A DNA stretch of 64,000 nucleotides from Camelus ferus. Taxonomy: Eukaryota. The notes beneath the pieces are model-generated. The model did no database searches. It was not told where the DNA came from and saw only the letters and a program-made list of their open reading frames with translations. Positions 13,628 to 25,916 of this stretch are shown here, piece by piece. A program made the position numbers and the translations under genes. Location of the stretch: assembly GCF_009834535.1 (NCBI RefSeq), contig NC_045697.1:84818001-84882000 (forward strand). Direction: 5' to 3'. Positions within the stretch are counted from its first letter, which is position 1, and each line of letters opens with the position of its first letter.

Positions 13628-14947
13628 AAAGTAAGGCTGTGGATAGTCCTTCTGAAACTGGCCACAAACTGGAAAAATTAATAAATAAAAAATGGCTATA
13701 TCAATATTTAAATTTTGGCTAAATTATATTAGTTAAATTGGAGATGATTGGTAGTCACCATTGAAAATCATATACTTTTATCTCAAACTGTATGCAGTTC
13801 AAAATTATATAGCTTGGTATCTGCTGTCTAAGTATGAAATGCTTTCCACAGTTTTGTGAATTCTGTGTACGTAGTCCCTGTTCCCTCTTAGAAAGTGACC
13901 CCCTCTTCAGTGGTAGTATTTGGTTGGTATCAGGCTTCTGTTGTACTTTCTGTGATTAATAAATATCACCATTATTAACTCAGAAATGAAGTTTTTTACA
14001 TCTTTGACTCTAGTGAACAAAGGAGCTATATCTTATAGAGGGCTGAGGAAAAAAGTATTCGGTATTAACCATAAACTGCTTAAGATGCTACAGAGATACC
14101 TGCTTCCCCAAATTAAATGTAACATGAGAATACTAATAATTTGGTATAAACTGTGACCTCCTGTGGTGGGATTTTTAGCATTGTTTTATGACATTTATGT
14201 AATATTTATGCTCAGTAGTCCGTGGATAAAAATTTGTTTAAAGGGATTTGTTACTAACTAAAGACCGATGTGGCAGGAAACTGTTTTCTTGGCAATTTTA
14301 GTGCATTGTTAAAATTGAGGTAATGAAACTGTTTCATTGCTAATCTGCAGGGTTTTAGCTTTTGGCATTTACAAAAAAGCCTCCTTCTGTTTGTTTAGAG
14401 TACAATATCATTTGTACGATTCAGATAGAACGTTTTTCCTTAATGATGTCTTCGTAATTTTTTTTACTTCATTTGCAAGATAAAAATCTCTTTTCATGTA
14501 CCCAAGCAAACTAGTTTGTGAAGGGAAACAGAATTCTTGAATTTTTTTCTGACTTTTTTTTTTTAAGTAGAATGGTCTGTTGTGTGGAACAGCAGGTTTT
14601 TGTGCCATTTCAGATGGCGTTGCATGTGGCAGAATAGGCCCCATTCACGTTTTCTGTGGGACAATTTGCAAAGGCACCGTGCTGTGGGAAACTTTTTTAA
14701 GAGAAGGGTCTGTAGGGGTGGGCAAAGGGCTATACAACACCTGTAGCAAGACACAATCTGTTCAGGATTCAGATCTAATTTTACACTTGGTTTTATTCCC
14801 CATAAGTATTCAGCATATGTTCCTTTCTGTGAAAAATAAAGGACTCTCTCAGATGGCACATATCAAGTGAGCTCAAGGAGGTTAATAGATTAACTCCAAT
14901 CAATCTAAACACTCCCCCATGAGACCCTAATGCCAGTTATTCCCTAC

Positions 14948-15100
14948 CCTTGTTATGATGATGTTCATTTTATTAGAGCACATAGCTCCATAGCCACAGC
15001 TCGCCACCTTTTTACTGTGAAAATCTTTCTGCATGGCTTCTTCGCTCAGGAAGAAAGAACCAGTAAAATGGTAAGCATTCCCTTTAGACTTGCAGTGAAT
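14948..15100 (-). other. Candidate exon of an unannotated minus-strand transcript
   Basis: Minus-strand acceptor acctatttctgttatttcag|, 153 nt stop-free in frame 0, donor AGG|gtaggg; internal AATAAA at 14969-14974. Confidence 0.25.
14977..15070 (+). other. Candidate plus-strand exon
   Basis: tgttcattttattag| ... ATG|gtaagc donor; repeat-free context. Confidence 0.2.
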
Positions 15101-15727
15101 CTGAAATAACAGAAATAGGTTTTCCTTTTAAATAGCCTGAGTGAATGTCTAATCTTTCCCTAGGCCTCGTAGTACATTCTATGGACTGAAATTTTTCAAT
15201 ACAGTGTTTCTAAACTCCAAGTCCCTGCCATGTTCCTTTCAGTCTCCTTTTTGCCCCGTCTGTTTCTAAATTAGAGCAGTTGGGTCTGCCCAGAGACACA
15301 TACAGTAGTGATGCTCTGTGATTCAAGTCAAAGAATGTTTAGTCTGGATCCCACAAAGGCCCACGATTCCCAGCACAGACACAGATACAGCAAAGCAGGG
15401 AGAAAGCAAACATGGCATCAAAGAAAACTTGTGAATATAGACACCACTATAAAAACTAACTCTGTGTTAGCCCAATAAAAAAAGAAGTAACAAGGGTTTT
15501 GAATGCTAAAATATAGAGGGTTGTATGAAAGGGAGGGAAACATACACAAAGTAGACAGACTGAATAAAAGTATTTATCTTTAAACCACACAAGTCATGGT
15601 AATTAAATTAGGTCAGGCTGGTTACGATGCTACAAAAAGCAGGCTGTAACTAATTTCAAAAGGAACAGAAAAGACCTGAAAAGAAAACAGATTGACAGCT
15701 CCTTATTTTTTTTTTTATCCAATCAAG

Positions 15728-15847
15728 GAAACCAACATCAAAAAGTGGGAAGAGAAATCCTGATTTAGCAGGAAATTTGTTTCATCACAGAATATAAACT
15801 TCGCAGATATATTCAGGATCAGCTTAGAAGTACAGGAAATTGTTATT
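15728..15847 (+). other. Candidate plus-strand 120-nt exon (stops in all frames; UTR, lncRNA or poison type if real)
   Basis: Branch-like ttgac at 15692, poly-T tract, caag| acceptor, ATT|gtaagt donor. Confidence 0.25.
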
Positions 15848-17021
15848 GTAAGTGAAAAGAAAAAGCAGTCACAAATGGAGTTCACCATTTGAAAGAAACT
15901 GATAAAAACTCTGCTCCCTAAATAGTTCAAACCCCATTACAAATGCTACGTCTTTCCTATTCATTGTAACTACATGGAGACTTTTTTAGCTTCAGTATCT
16001 TCTGCTTTCAGTTGTTTAATACAACTCTGAAAGTATTATGTGAAGAGGAACATTATGAGACTTTTCTTTCAAATTATCTCTTTACAAAGACCACTTATTG
16101 ATGCCTATTAAAACGGCTTATAAAAATAGTTTCAAATATTTACTTTAAAATGTAAATGCACCAAGTTAAGAAAGGCATTTGGAACATAAACTGGGGAATG
16201 GGAGAAAATAACACCAGGAGACCTTTATTTGGAGCCCATTCTGTGTTTTTTAAAGAAAATTTAAAATGTGTCACTTTCTTCCTCTTTCTTTAAAAAAAAA
16301 AAAAGCACAAGATTTGAGAGGTTTTTTTCTAACTTAATTTTCTTAGATAGGAAAGTAACTGAATACCAAGCAATTAATTAACAATGAAAAGAAACAGTAA
16401 TAAAATTGCTTCTGAAAATCCCAAATTCATCTTTCAACCTTGCCATCCAATAATTAATTTTGTTTCTCTTTATGTATCACTAGGGAGATTTCAGTTCGGT
16501 GCATTCAGTAGCTATGCAAGAGTAGATACTGGCTAAGTGACAGAAGTCATTATGCTGTTTCATTACATATTCTTAAATGTGTATTCACTTCTCTTTTCTG
16601 TATCTTGGACATAAGATTATCTTTAGCTGCTATGATACATTTTTTTTACTTATATAATGTCCTGCTCCTCAGGAATTTAGACTTCAGCAGGGACTTCTGG
16701 TGTAGGTAAACACACATGATATTGTAACTATTTTCTGATGTTTTATGTTTAGAGCATGTTTAGTACTTCACCATCTTCCAGAGGTCTTTCCTGAAATGTG
16801 ATTTGGTGATCTTTCACTGGGATAGACTGGTGACAGTTGCTGTTCATGACATTAACTTGCAGGATAGGGAGCATGAATACCCATATCCATAAGCAGAAAT
16901 GTTGTTGTTTCTATCAGAAAAGATTGTGGTATAAAAGTGAGGTAGGAAAAGCCTGCATTGGAAACAAGCCATGTTAGGTTATATGATGCCTTCTGATTGC
17001 ACCGTCATCTCATTAGCTTAC

Positions 17022-17340
17022 CTCTGCATTCATCCCATGCATGCATCATGAAGCAGCAGTGTGATGAACGCAGGGAAGGCAGATGCTGCTGTATTAACTT
17101 CGCCATATTGTACCAATGGTGTGTACCCCAATTCTCCATGAGAACAGGCCTCTCACGGGATGGTGAGAACTCTTCCTAGTGTCCCTCTGAAGTAGTCTTG
17201 CCAACACCAGAGATCTTAGCAAGGTCTGTTGTGTCTGTTAGGACATTCGCAGAGATATCTGTGGTCCTCTTAGCAGGAGGAAGTTGCTAATTTCCCATCT
17301 GCTTTGCACAGCATCACATCTAGCTCAAACAACCATTAGA
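17022..17340 (-). other. Candidate minus-strand exon (5' boundary uncertain)
   Basis: Strong donor GAG|gtaagc at 17022/17021; unique sequence with higher GC; long pyrimidine tract upstream on the minus strand (about 17365-17480). Confidence 0.2.
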
Positions 17341-18029
17341 ATTTTTACTGTGTGCCTACTTGCTAAGTTTTGTTTTGCAGGGAAAGCAGAATAATAGGGG
17401 AAACACATCAAGGCAGAAAGGGTTGGATATGCAGAAGGAAGAGGGAGGGCAAGCCGAGGAGAAAGATGGGGGAAATTGAAAGAGACCGAATGTTTTAGAA
17501 AATTCACAGAACAAAGGAGCTAATGTGACCCATGCCCCCATGTGAAGGTCTGCATCTGTGGTAATGAGGTTCTGTTGTTGGGCATTCAGCCTTGTAAATG
17601 GGGGCACCCGAGAGCCCAGAAAGGGGGTGGGTGGACCAAAGTTGAAGGGGAACAGTCTTCCTTACCCACCTCCCTGACCTCAGGCTGTCAGGAAACCACT
17701 GAGCACACCCACAGTTTAGAATGCTGAAACAGGAGGCAGTTTGATTGCACAAGCCAGGGCACAGAAAAAAGCTTTTTCTTTTTAAAGATAACACATTGAA
17801 TTAAGTTAGTCATTTAACCCTTAGACTTGATGTATAAGTCTAGACAGTATGAATCCAGGTAAAAAATAGTCCTCTGGGAACTGAATTAGAATGTGAAGGA
17901 TAAATAGTCATGCCACAAAAAAGGACAGTTCTTTAGAGTGAAAACCTAGTGTTACCGTCTCTAGTAGTTACTTGGAAGTTGTTTTTTAGCAGCCATTGTC
18001 CATGTTTCAGTGGATCTCAAGGTTAATTT

Positions 18030-18410
18030 AATGTAACAGTCTTGAATAAGGACTCTGGACACACACAGCTTGAGTTGGAATTACTAGCTTGGTGACATTG
18101 GATACTTGACTCAATCTGTTGGAATCTCAGTTTCTATGTCTGACACATAATAAGCACTCAAAAAATGTTAGCTACTATGATAATATGACTCTCAAGAAAT
18201 TACATTTTACATCATGGTATTCAACAGTTTTGGTTTTCAGCTATAACTCTTCACATTATGTCATAGTGTTAATCTTGGATTGAGAAGTGCTTCATGGCAA
18301 GGACCATGTTTTATTTATCCCTGCATGTTTAGCTTGTAATATGGTACCTGGCACTTAGAAGGGGGTCGACAGATGGCTGAATGAATGGTTGGATGAAGGA
18401 AGGAAATAAA
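18030..18410 (+). mobile_element. MIR fragment (18030-18185) followed by an L2 3' end (18270-18410)
   Basis: ggactctgga...ctcagtttctatgtctga; gcttcatggcaaggaccatg...gtacctggcacttag...gctgaatgaatgg. Confidence 0.7.
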
Positions 18411-19254
18411 AGTTGTTTTATACGGAGACATTTATTTTTCATTTGGGTGATAGTTATACTTTTAAAAGATTCAGCAGAGTTTCAGAGGAATGAAAGTTTT
18501 TAGACACACTTTCAAAAAATAAACTTGGCTCAAAATCTTCTAAAAACCTCAAATGAACCTTTCAACACATCAGTAACTGTGATCTCCTTTAATCCAAAAC
18601 ATTCTTGGCATTCTTAAATACATTAATTTCCAAAGTTTCTTGGAAGGCTGATTTGATGTGTGATCATTTAGCTTTCAGATTTACCAGGCGTTTTATTCCC
18701 TATACTTTTCCATCGTGAAATGGCATAAAATATATTTGTTACTTGGATAGCTCTTAAAGAATAGGAAACTTGTGAAAATGTCATAGTAGGCCCCTCCAAA
18801 TTTTTGTGGTTAAAAATATGTATTTTGTTTCCTCATAGTATTTGCTACCTTTACTATCATGTTGCCCTAAACAGTAATTCTATATTTAACTCTATTAAAT
18901 ATTAAAGCCAGTGGTCCCCAACTTAGGATCAGATTTTATTCTCATAACTTCTATTTTATGTTGATTTCCTGGAACCACAGAGCAGTTATTTCCAAAGAAA
19001 TAATGTTTTATAGTGGGTATTGAGTCTCTCTACCTCATGAAAAAAAGTCTTTTGGTTATTAATGAGAAGGGACTTGACAAGGGTATCATAGTGTTTGAAG
19101 GGTATGGACAGGAGGCTCAGACTACTTTGATCTTAGGCAAAACAATGACCTGTCATTTTACTCAAATGGTATTACTTTTCATCATAGACTTTTAAGTACC
19201 ATATGCATATGTAAAAGTACATACTTTAATGAGTTTTTAGAAATTGAATGCATG

Positions 19255-22200
19255 ACAGAAATGAGAAACTCATAACTGGAAAGGTGATAGATAACTCATG
19301 AATTACAAAGAAAATAAACACGAAATTGTAAAAGAAGACATCGAAATCATTAAGGTGGGAGAGGGAAGCAAGAAAATGTAGAGTATTTTTTTTCTTTTTT
19401 AAATTTTTTGTTTTCAGTAGGATGGGTTCGAGATATAGTAATGGGCTAATAGACTTACAGAAAAGGGTAACCACAAGCCAAAAACTTACAAGGGAGTCAC
19501 AAAAACTAAATAAAATTCATGATAATACAAAGGAAAATTACCAAACCACAAAAGGAAGAAGAAAGGAACAAATAAGAAATACCAAATCAACTGCAAAGAT
19601 AAATTCAAAATGGCAATAAACACACATCTATCATTAATTAGTGTAAATGTTAATGGACTAAATGCTCCAGTCAAAAGACATAGAGTGGCAGACTGGAAAA
19701 TAAAGCAAGAACCTTCAATATGCTGCATACAAGAGACCCACTTTAGGGAGAAGGACACATACAGATTGAGAGTAAAAGGATGGAAAAGGATATTCCATGC
19801 AAATGGAAAAGCCAAAAAAGCAGGTGTCGCAGTACTGATTTCAGACAAAATAGACTTTAAAACAAAGGCCATAAAGAAAGGTAAAGAAGGACATTTTATA
19901 ATGATTAAAAGAGTGATACAAGTTGAGGATATTACACTCGTTAATATATATGCACCCAATATAGGAGCACCTAAATACATAAAACGATTACTAACAGAGA
20001 TAAAGATATTGATGGGAATACAATCATAGTTGGAGATTTTAACACTGTGTTAACATCACTAGACAGATCTTCCAGACAGAAAATAAATAAAGTAACAGAG
20101 AAACTAAATAATACAATAGAAAAATTAGATTTGGTGGATATTTTCAGAGCATTACACCCCCCCAAAATAGGATATACATTCTTTTCAAGTGCACATGGAA
20201 CATTTTCTAGGATTGATCATGTACTTGGGCACAAAAGAAACCTCAACAATTTTAAGAAGATAGAAATTATCTCAAGCATCTTTACTGACCACAATGCCAT
20301 GAAACCAGAAATCAACAACAGAGAAACAAAGGAGAAAAAAAAGGAAAGCATGGAGATTAGACAGTATGCTATTAAAAAACCAATGGGTCAGTGAGGAAAT
20401 CAAAGCTGAAATTAAACAATACCTTGAGACAAATGACAATGAAAACACAACCACTCAAAATCTGTGGGACACAGCAAAGGCAGTGCTAAGAGGGAAGTTT
20501 ACAGTGATACAGGCCTTCCTCAAAAAAGAAGAACAATCTCAAATAAACAATTTAACCCACCAACTAAAAGAACTAGAAAAAGAAGAACAAAAAAACCCCA
20601 AAAGGCAGCAGAAGGAAGGAAATTATAAAGATCAGGGAGGAAATAAATAAAATAGAGGTTAAAAAACCATAGAAAAAATCAATCAAAAGCTGGTTTTTTG
20701 AAAAAGTAAATAAAATCGACAAACCTCTGGCCAAACTCACAAAGAAGAAAAAAGAGCACAAATTAGCAAAATAAGAAAGGAAAATGGAGAAAGTGCAGCA
20801 AATAAAATAGAAATACAGAATATCATATGAGAATATTATGAAAAACTATATGGAACCAAACTGGATAACCTAGAGGAGGTGGACAAGTTTCTGGGAACAT
20901 ACAGTCCACCAAGACTGAATCAGGAAGAAACTGACCACTTGAACAAACTGGTCACTAGAGATGAAATCGAATTAGCAATAAAAAACCTCCCTACAAATAG
21001 AAGTCCAGGACCGGATGGCTTCACTGAGGAATTCTACCAAACATACAAAGAAGAACTCATACCAGTCCTTCTCAAACTCTTCCAGAAGATTGAAAAGGAG
21101 GGAATACTCCCAAACTCATTCTATGAAGCCGCCATCACCCTGATACTAAAATCAGGCAAAGATCACCAAAAAAGAGAATTACAGACCAGTATCACTGATG
21201 AACATAGATGCCAAAATCCTTACCAGAATACTAGCAAATAGAATCCAACAGCACATAAAAAAGATTATACATCATGATCAAATGGGGTTCATTGCAGGGA
21301 CACAAGGTTCGTTCAACATACGCAATCAATGTAATACATCACATCAACAAGAGGAAGGACAAAAACCACATGATCATCTCAATAGATGTAGAAAAAGCAT
21401 TTGATAAAATTCAACACCCATTTATGATAAAAACTCTCACCAAAGTGGGTATAGAGGGAACATATCTCAACATCATAAAAGCTATATATGACAAACCTAC
21501 AGCCAGCATAGTACTCAACGGTGAAAAACTCAAAAGCTTCCCACTAAAATCTGGGACAAGACAAAGATGCCCACTATCACCACTCCTATTCAACATAGAC
21601 TTGGAAGTCCTAGCCACAGCAGTCAGGCAAGAGAGCGAAATAAAAGGGATCCAAATTGGAAAAGAAGAGGTAAAAGTGTCACTATATGCCGATGACATGT
21701 TACTGTATATAGAAAACCCTAAAAGTTCCACACAAAAACTACTAGAGCTGATCGAAGAATTCAGCAAGGTAGCAGGTTACAAGATTAACATTCAAAAGTC
21801 AGTTGCATTTCTTTACACTAACAATGAATTAACAGAATAAGAAAGTAAGAAACAATCACCTTTAAAATCGCACCCAAAGTAATAAAATACCTAGGAATAA
21901 ATCTAACCAAGGAGGTGAAAGAATTATGCACAGAAAAGTGTAAACCATTGATGAAGGAAATTAAAGAAGACTTTAAAAAATGGAAAGATATCCCATGCTC
22001 TTGGATTGGAAGAATCAATATTGTTAAAATGGTCACACTGCCCAAGGTAATCTGCAGATTTAATGCAATCCCTATCAAATTACCCAGGACATATTTCACA
22101 GAACTAGAACAAATCATAATAAAATTTATATGGAACCATCAAAGACCTAGAATTGCCAAAGCATTACTGAAGAGAAAGAAAGAGGCTGGAGGAATAACTC

Positions 22201-23729
22201 TCTTAGACTTCAGACGATACTATAGAGCCACTGTCATCAAGACAGCACGGTATTGGTACAAAAACAGATATATAGACCAATGGAACAGAACAGAGAGCCC
22301 AGAAATGAACCCACAAACTTTTGGTCTACTAATATTCGACAAAGGAGGCAAGAATATACAATGAAATAAAGACTGTCTCTTCAGCAAATGGTGTTGGGAA
22401 AACTGGACAGAAGTATTTAAAGCAGTGGTGCTAGAACACTCCCTTACACCATACACAAAAATCAACTCGAAATGGAGCAAAGACTTAAACATAAGACAAG
22501 ATACAATAAACCTCCTAGGAGAAAATATAGGCAAAACATTATCTCACATACATCTCAAAAATGTTCTCCTAGGGCAGTCTACCCAAGCAATAGAAATAAA
22601 AGCAAGCATAAACAAATGGGACCTAATGAAACTTACAAGCTTCTGCACAGCAAAGGAAACCATAAGTAAAACAAAAAGACAACCTAAGGAATGGGAGAAA
22701 ATTTTTGCAAATGAAACTGACAAAGGCTTGATCTCCAGAATATATAAGCATCTTGTACGACTTAATAAGAAAAAAAACAACAACCTAATCCAAAGATGGG
22801 TGAAAGACCTAAACAAGCAATTCTCCAAGGAAGACATACAAATGATCAATAGGCACATGAAAAAATGCTCAATATCACTAATTATCAGAGAAATGCAAAT
22901 CCAAACTACAGTGAGGTATCACCTCACACCAGTCAGAATGGCCATCATTCAAAAATCCACAAATGACAAATGCTGGAGAGGCTGTGGAGAAAGGGGAACC
23001 CTCCTACACTGCTGGTGGGAATGCAGTTTGGTGCAGCCTCTGTGGAAAACAGTATGGAGATTCCTCAAAAGACTAGGATTAGACTTACCATTTGACCCAG
23101 GAATCCTGCTCCTGGGCATATATCCAGAAGGAACCCTACTTCAGGATGACACCTGCACCCCAGTGTTCATAGCAGCACTATTTACAGTAGCCAAGACATG
23201 GAGACAGTCTAAATGTCTGTCAATGGATGACTGGATAAAGAAGGTGTGGTATATTTGTACAATGGAATACTACTCAGCCATAAAAATTGACAACATAATG
23301 CCATTTGCAGCAACATGGATGCTCCTGGAGAATGTCATTCTAAGTGAAGTAAGCCAGAAAGAGAAAGAAAAATACCATATGAGATCGCTCATATGTGGAA
23401 TCTAAAAAACAAAAACAAAAACAAAAATAAACAAACAAAGCATAAATACAAAACAAACAGACTCATAGACATAGAATACAAAGTTGTGGTTGCCAAGGGG
23501 GTGGAGGGTGGGAAGGGATAGATGGTATTTCAAAATTGTAGCATAGATAAACAAGATTATACTGTATAGCACAGGGAAATATACACAAGATCTTACGGTA
23601 GCTCACAGAGGAAAAAATGTGACAATGAATATACATATGTTCATGTATAACTGAAAAATTGTGCTCTACACTGGAATTTGACACAACATTGTAAAATGAT
23701 TATAAATAAATAAAAAATGTTAAAAAAAA
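19255..23729 (+). mobile_element. 5'-truncated lineage-specific LINE-1 (inter-ORF spacer, ORF2, 3'UTR, poly-A)
   Basis: TSD agaaattgaatgcatg (19239-19254) / agaaattgaatccatg (23730-23745); AATAAA plus A-tail at 23705-23730; ORF2 domains present. Confidence 0.98.
19610..23405 (+). pseudogene. L1 ORF2p (APE endonuclease, reverse transcriptase, C-terminal Cys-rich domain), disrupted by multiple frameshifts and stops
   Basis: EN motifs NVNGLN, CIQETH, NIYAPN, SRIDH, TDHN; Z-domain SPGPDGF; RT YADD at 21685-21696; [18 protein letters not shown]; split over eight ORF-track fragments. Confidence 0.97.
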
Positions 23730-24041
23730 AGAAATTGAATCCATGCATGTAACCAGTAATCAGGTAAATAAGTATACTATTAATAGCTCTCCAGAAGCTC
23801 CCTTGTGTTATTTTTTCAGTAATTAGCCCCCTTAATTTTCCCTTAGTTTGTGAAATTCATATAAATGGGATATTAAATATACATTCTATTTTAGCTGGAG
23901 TCTTTTAATCAGTATAATGTTTGTGTGTCCATTTTGTTATGTGTAGTTGTAATTTTGTTTAATTTCCGTATTGTATATAATTCCATGAATGCGTATACCA
24001 GAGATTATATTTCATTGTACTCTGATGAGCTATCGGGTTGT

Positions 24042-24502
24042 TGTTGGACTGCACCCTGCAGGCCTACAAGGCCTGTACTTGTCCAGCTTCAAGACTGAAG
24101 AAAGAACCTGGAGTCAGCTACAGAGGCATCAATGGTTTAATGGGTGGGGGAATATTACATGCCTGAAGCAAGGTTCCAGAGAGACACCCTCCTAGGACAT
24201 AGCAGCACGCTTCACTGAGGGGTGGTGGGGAGGAGGTTACTGGTTAACAGTTATGAGGGAATTGACTTGGTATCAGGTTAGTTCATTGGTTACCAGGAAA
24301 TTCAGCAGAGGGGCACACCCCTTAGTGCCCCTTTGATAAGCATAATGTTTTGCTCTAACACTAGAGCAATGATTAGATAGGGCCTGAGGCAAGGATGTAG
24401 GAAGGTCAGTCATGAAAGCAGGGGTAGGTGAAGCAGGCACTGCTGGGTCAGGGAATAGACACAGAGGAAGAGAACAGCCATCTTAAGTGTCCTGACCATA
24501 CA
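24042..24502 (-). mobile_element. Solo endogenous retroviral LTR (461 bp)
   Basis: TG...CA termini with perfect 5-bp TSD gttgt (24037-24041, 24503-24507); GC-richer than flanks; minus-strand attaaa signal near 24135. Confidence 0.85.
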
Positions 24503-25234
24503 GTTGTATGTTTCCAGGTGTGTGTGTGTGTGCGTTTTGCTATTCCAAATAGTACTGCTGTGAACATTCTTGTACGTGTCATTTGGTTCAGATATCTATG
24601 CATTTCTGTCAAATACATACATTAAGGAGTAGTATTGCCAAGGCACAGGAAGTGACTATGTTTAGATTTAGTAGATTCTATCAATTTTCCAAAATGGTTG
24701 AAACAATTTAAGTTTCACCAGTGATTAATACAAGTTCTAGTTGCTCCACATCTTTGTCAACATTTGATTTTATTTCACTTTTTCAGTTTTAACTATCTGA
24801 TAAGTGTTAGTGTATCTCTTTATGGTTTAAATTTTCATTTTTCATATGCTTATTGGACACTTGGATGTTTTCTTTTTGATGAGTGCATTCATTTTTTGGC
24901 TTGTGTTTCTGCTACATTGTTGCCATTTTCTTATTGCTCTGTAGGGCTACATTATAAGTTCTGGAGTTAAGTTTTGAAGTTACTGTTTCTTTCTGGGTTG
25001 TTTGTATTTACAATGTCTTTGATGAACTAAAGTACTCAATTTTAAAGTAGTCCAATTTATCAATTATAATGTGCATATATATTAATTTAAACCTAAAATC
25101 CCTCTGGAATTGATTTATGATAGACAAAATTTATCTTCCCCCCATAAATATTTTCATATGCTCTAGCACAGCTTATTGAAAAATATTTTTTCTCTCACTG
25201 AACTATGGTATTGTTGTCATAAGTCAGGGAAGCA

Positions 25235-25823
25235 TCAATCATCGATCGGGATTCAATCAAAGAAGCAAAACCACTAGAATATACACATATACCTAAAGAT
25301 GTATTATATAGATGCAATTTTGAAGGCTGATTAAACAGTTATATGAGGCTGTAGTTTCTGTTTCTGGTCCTGGGCAATCACTCAGAAAGGAAATATGGAC
25401 AAGTGGGGAAAGTCACATGAACTGGGATCCTTTGAGGATGAGCTGAAACTCATGCCAGTCTCCCTCTACCTCCAAGTCCTCTACTACAGCAATGGGTGAT
25501 CTGCAGAAGTGAATGCTCTTCGTATGGAGCTAACATGCCCCTGGCCCAGGGGTCAGGGAAGCTGAAGGAGGGACTGGAGGAGCTGCAGGCCCAGCTGCTG
25601 GCCTACACCAGTGTGCCACTGGATAGATGACAGTGTGTGAGCTGCAGTGGCACCTGTACTTTGTGCTTACATTATGAAAAAAAAAAGTGCTTCTGCTTCA
25701 CCTCCAGGTTCTAAATCTCATGCAAAACATCTCTGTGGCCCAGTCAACTTGGAAATAATCAGGGAAGGGCATTCTGGTAAACAGCTCCAACTTAGCTATG
25801 TTAACACAATACAAGTTCACCAC
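25235..25823 (-). mobile_element. MLT2-like (ERVL) LTR
   Basis: gggattcaatcaaagaagcaaaaccactag at one end; agggaagggcattctgg...cttagctatgttaacacaatacaa at the other. Confidence 0.6.
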
Positions 25824-25916
25824 TTCTATGTGTGAGCCTTTCTGAACTCTGTTCTGCTTCATTGGTTTGTCTATTCTTGCAGCAATCCACACTGATGTAA
25901 TTTATAATAGGACTTT

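Noticed and set aside
14014..14061. Possible 48-nt symmetric exon (NKGAISYRGLRKKVF)
   Set aside because: Weak donor (TCG|gtatta) and unrecognised peptide; indistinguishable from chance
19486..22858. Minus-strand ORFs of 60-164 aa
   Set aside because: Antisense shadows of L1 ORF2
19610..23405. Possible active or domesticated reverse transcriptase
   Set aside because: Multiple frameshifts and stops, no ORF1 or 5'UTR promoter; ordinary dead L1 copy
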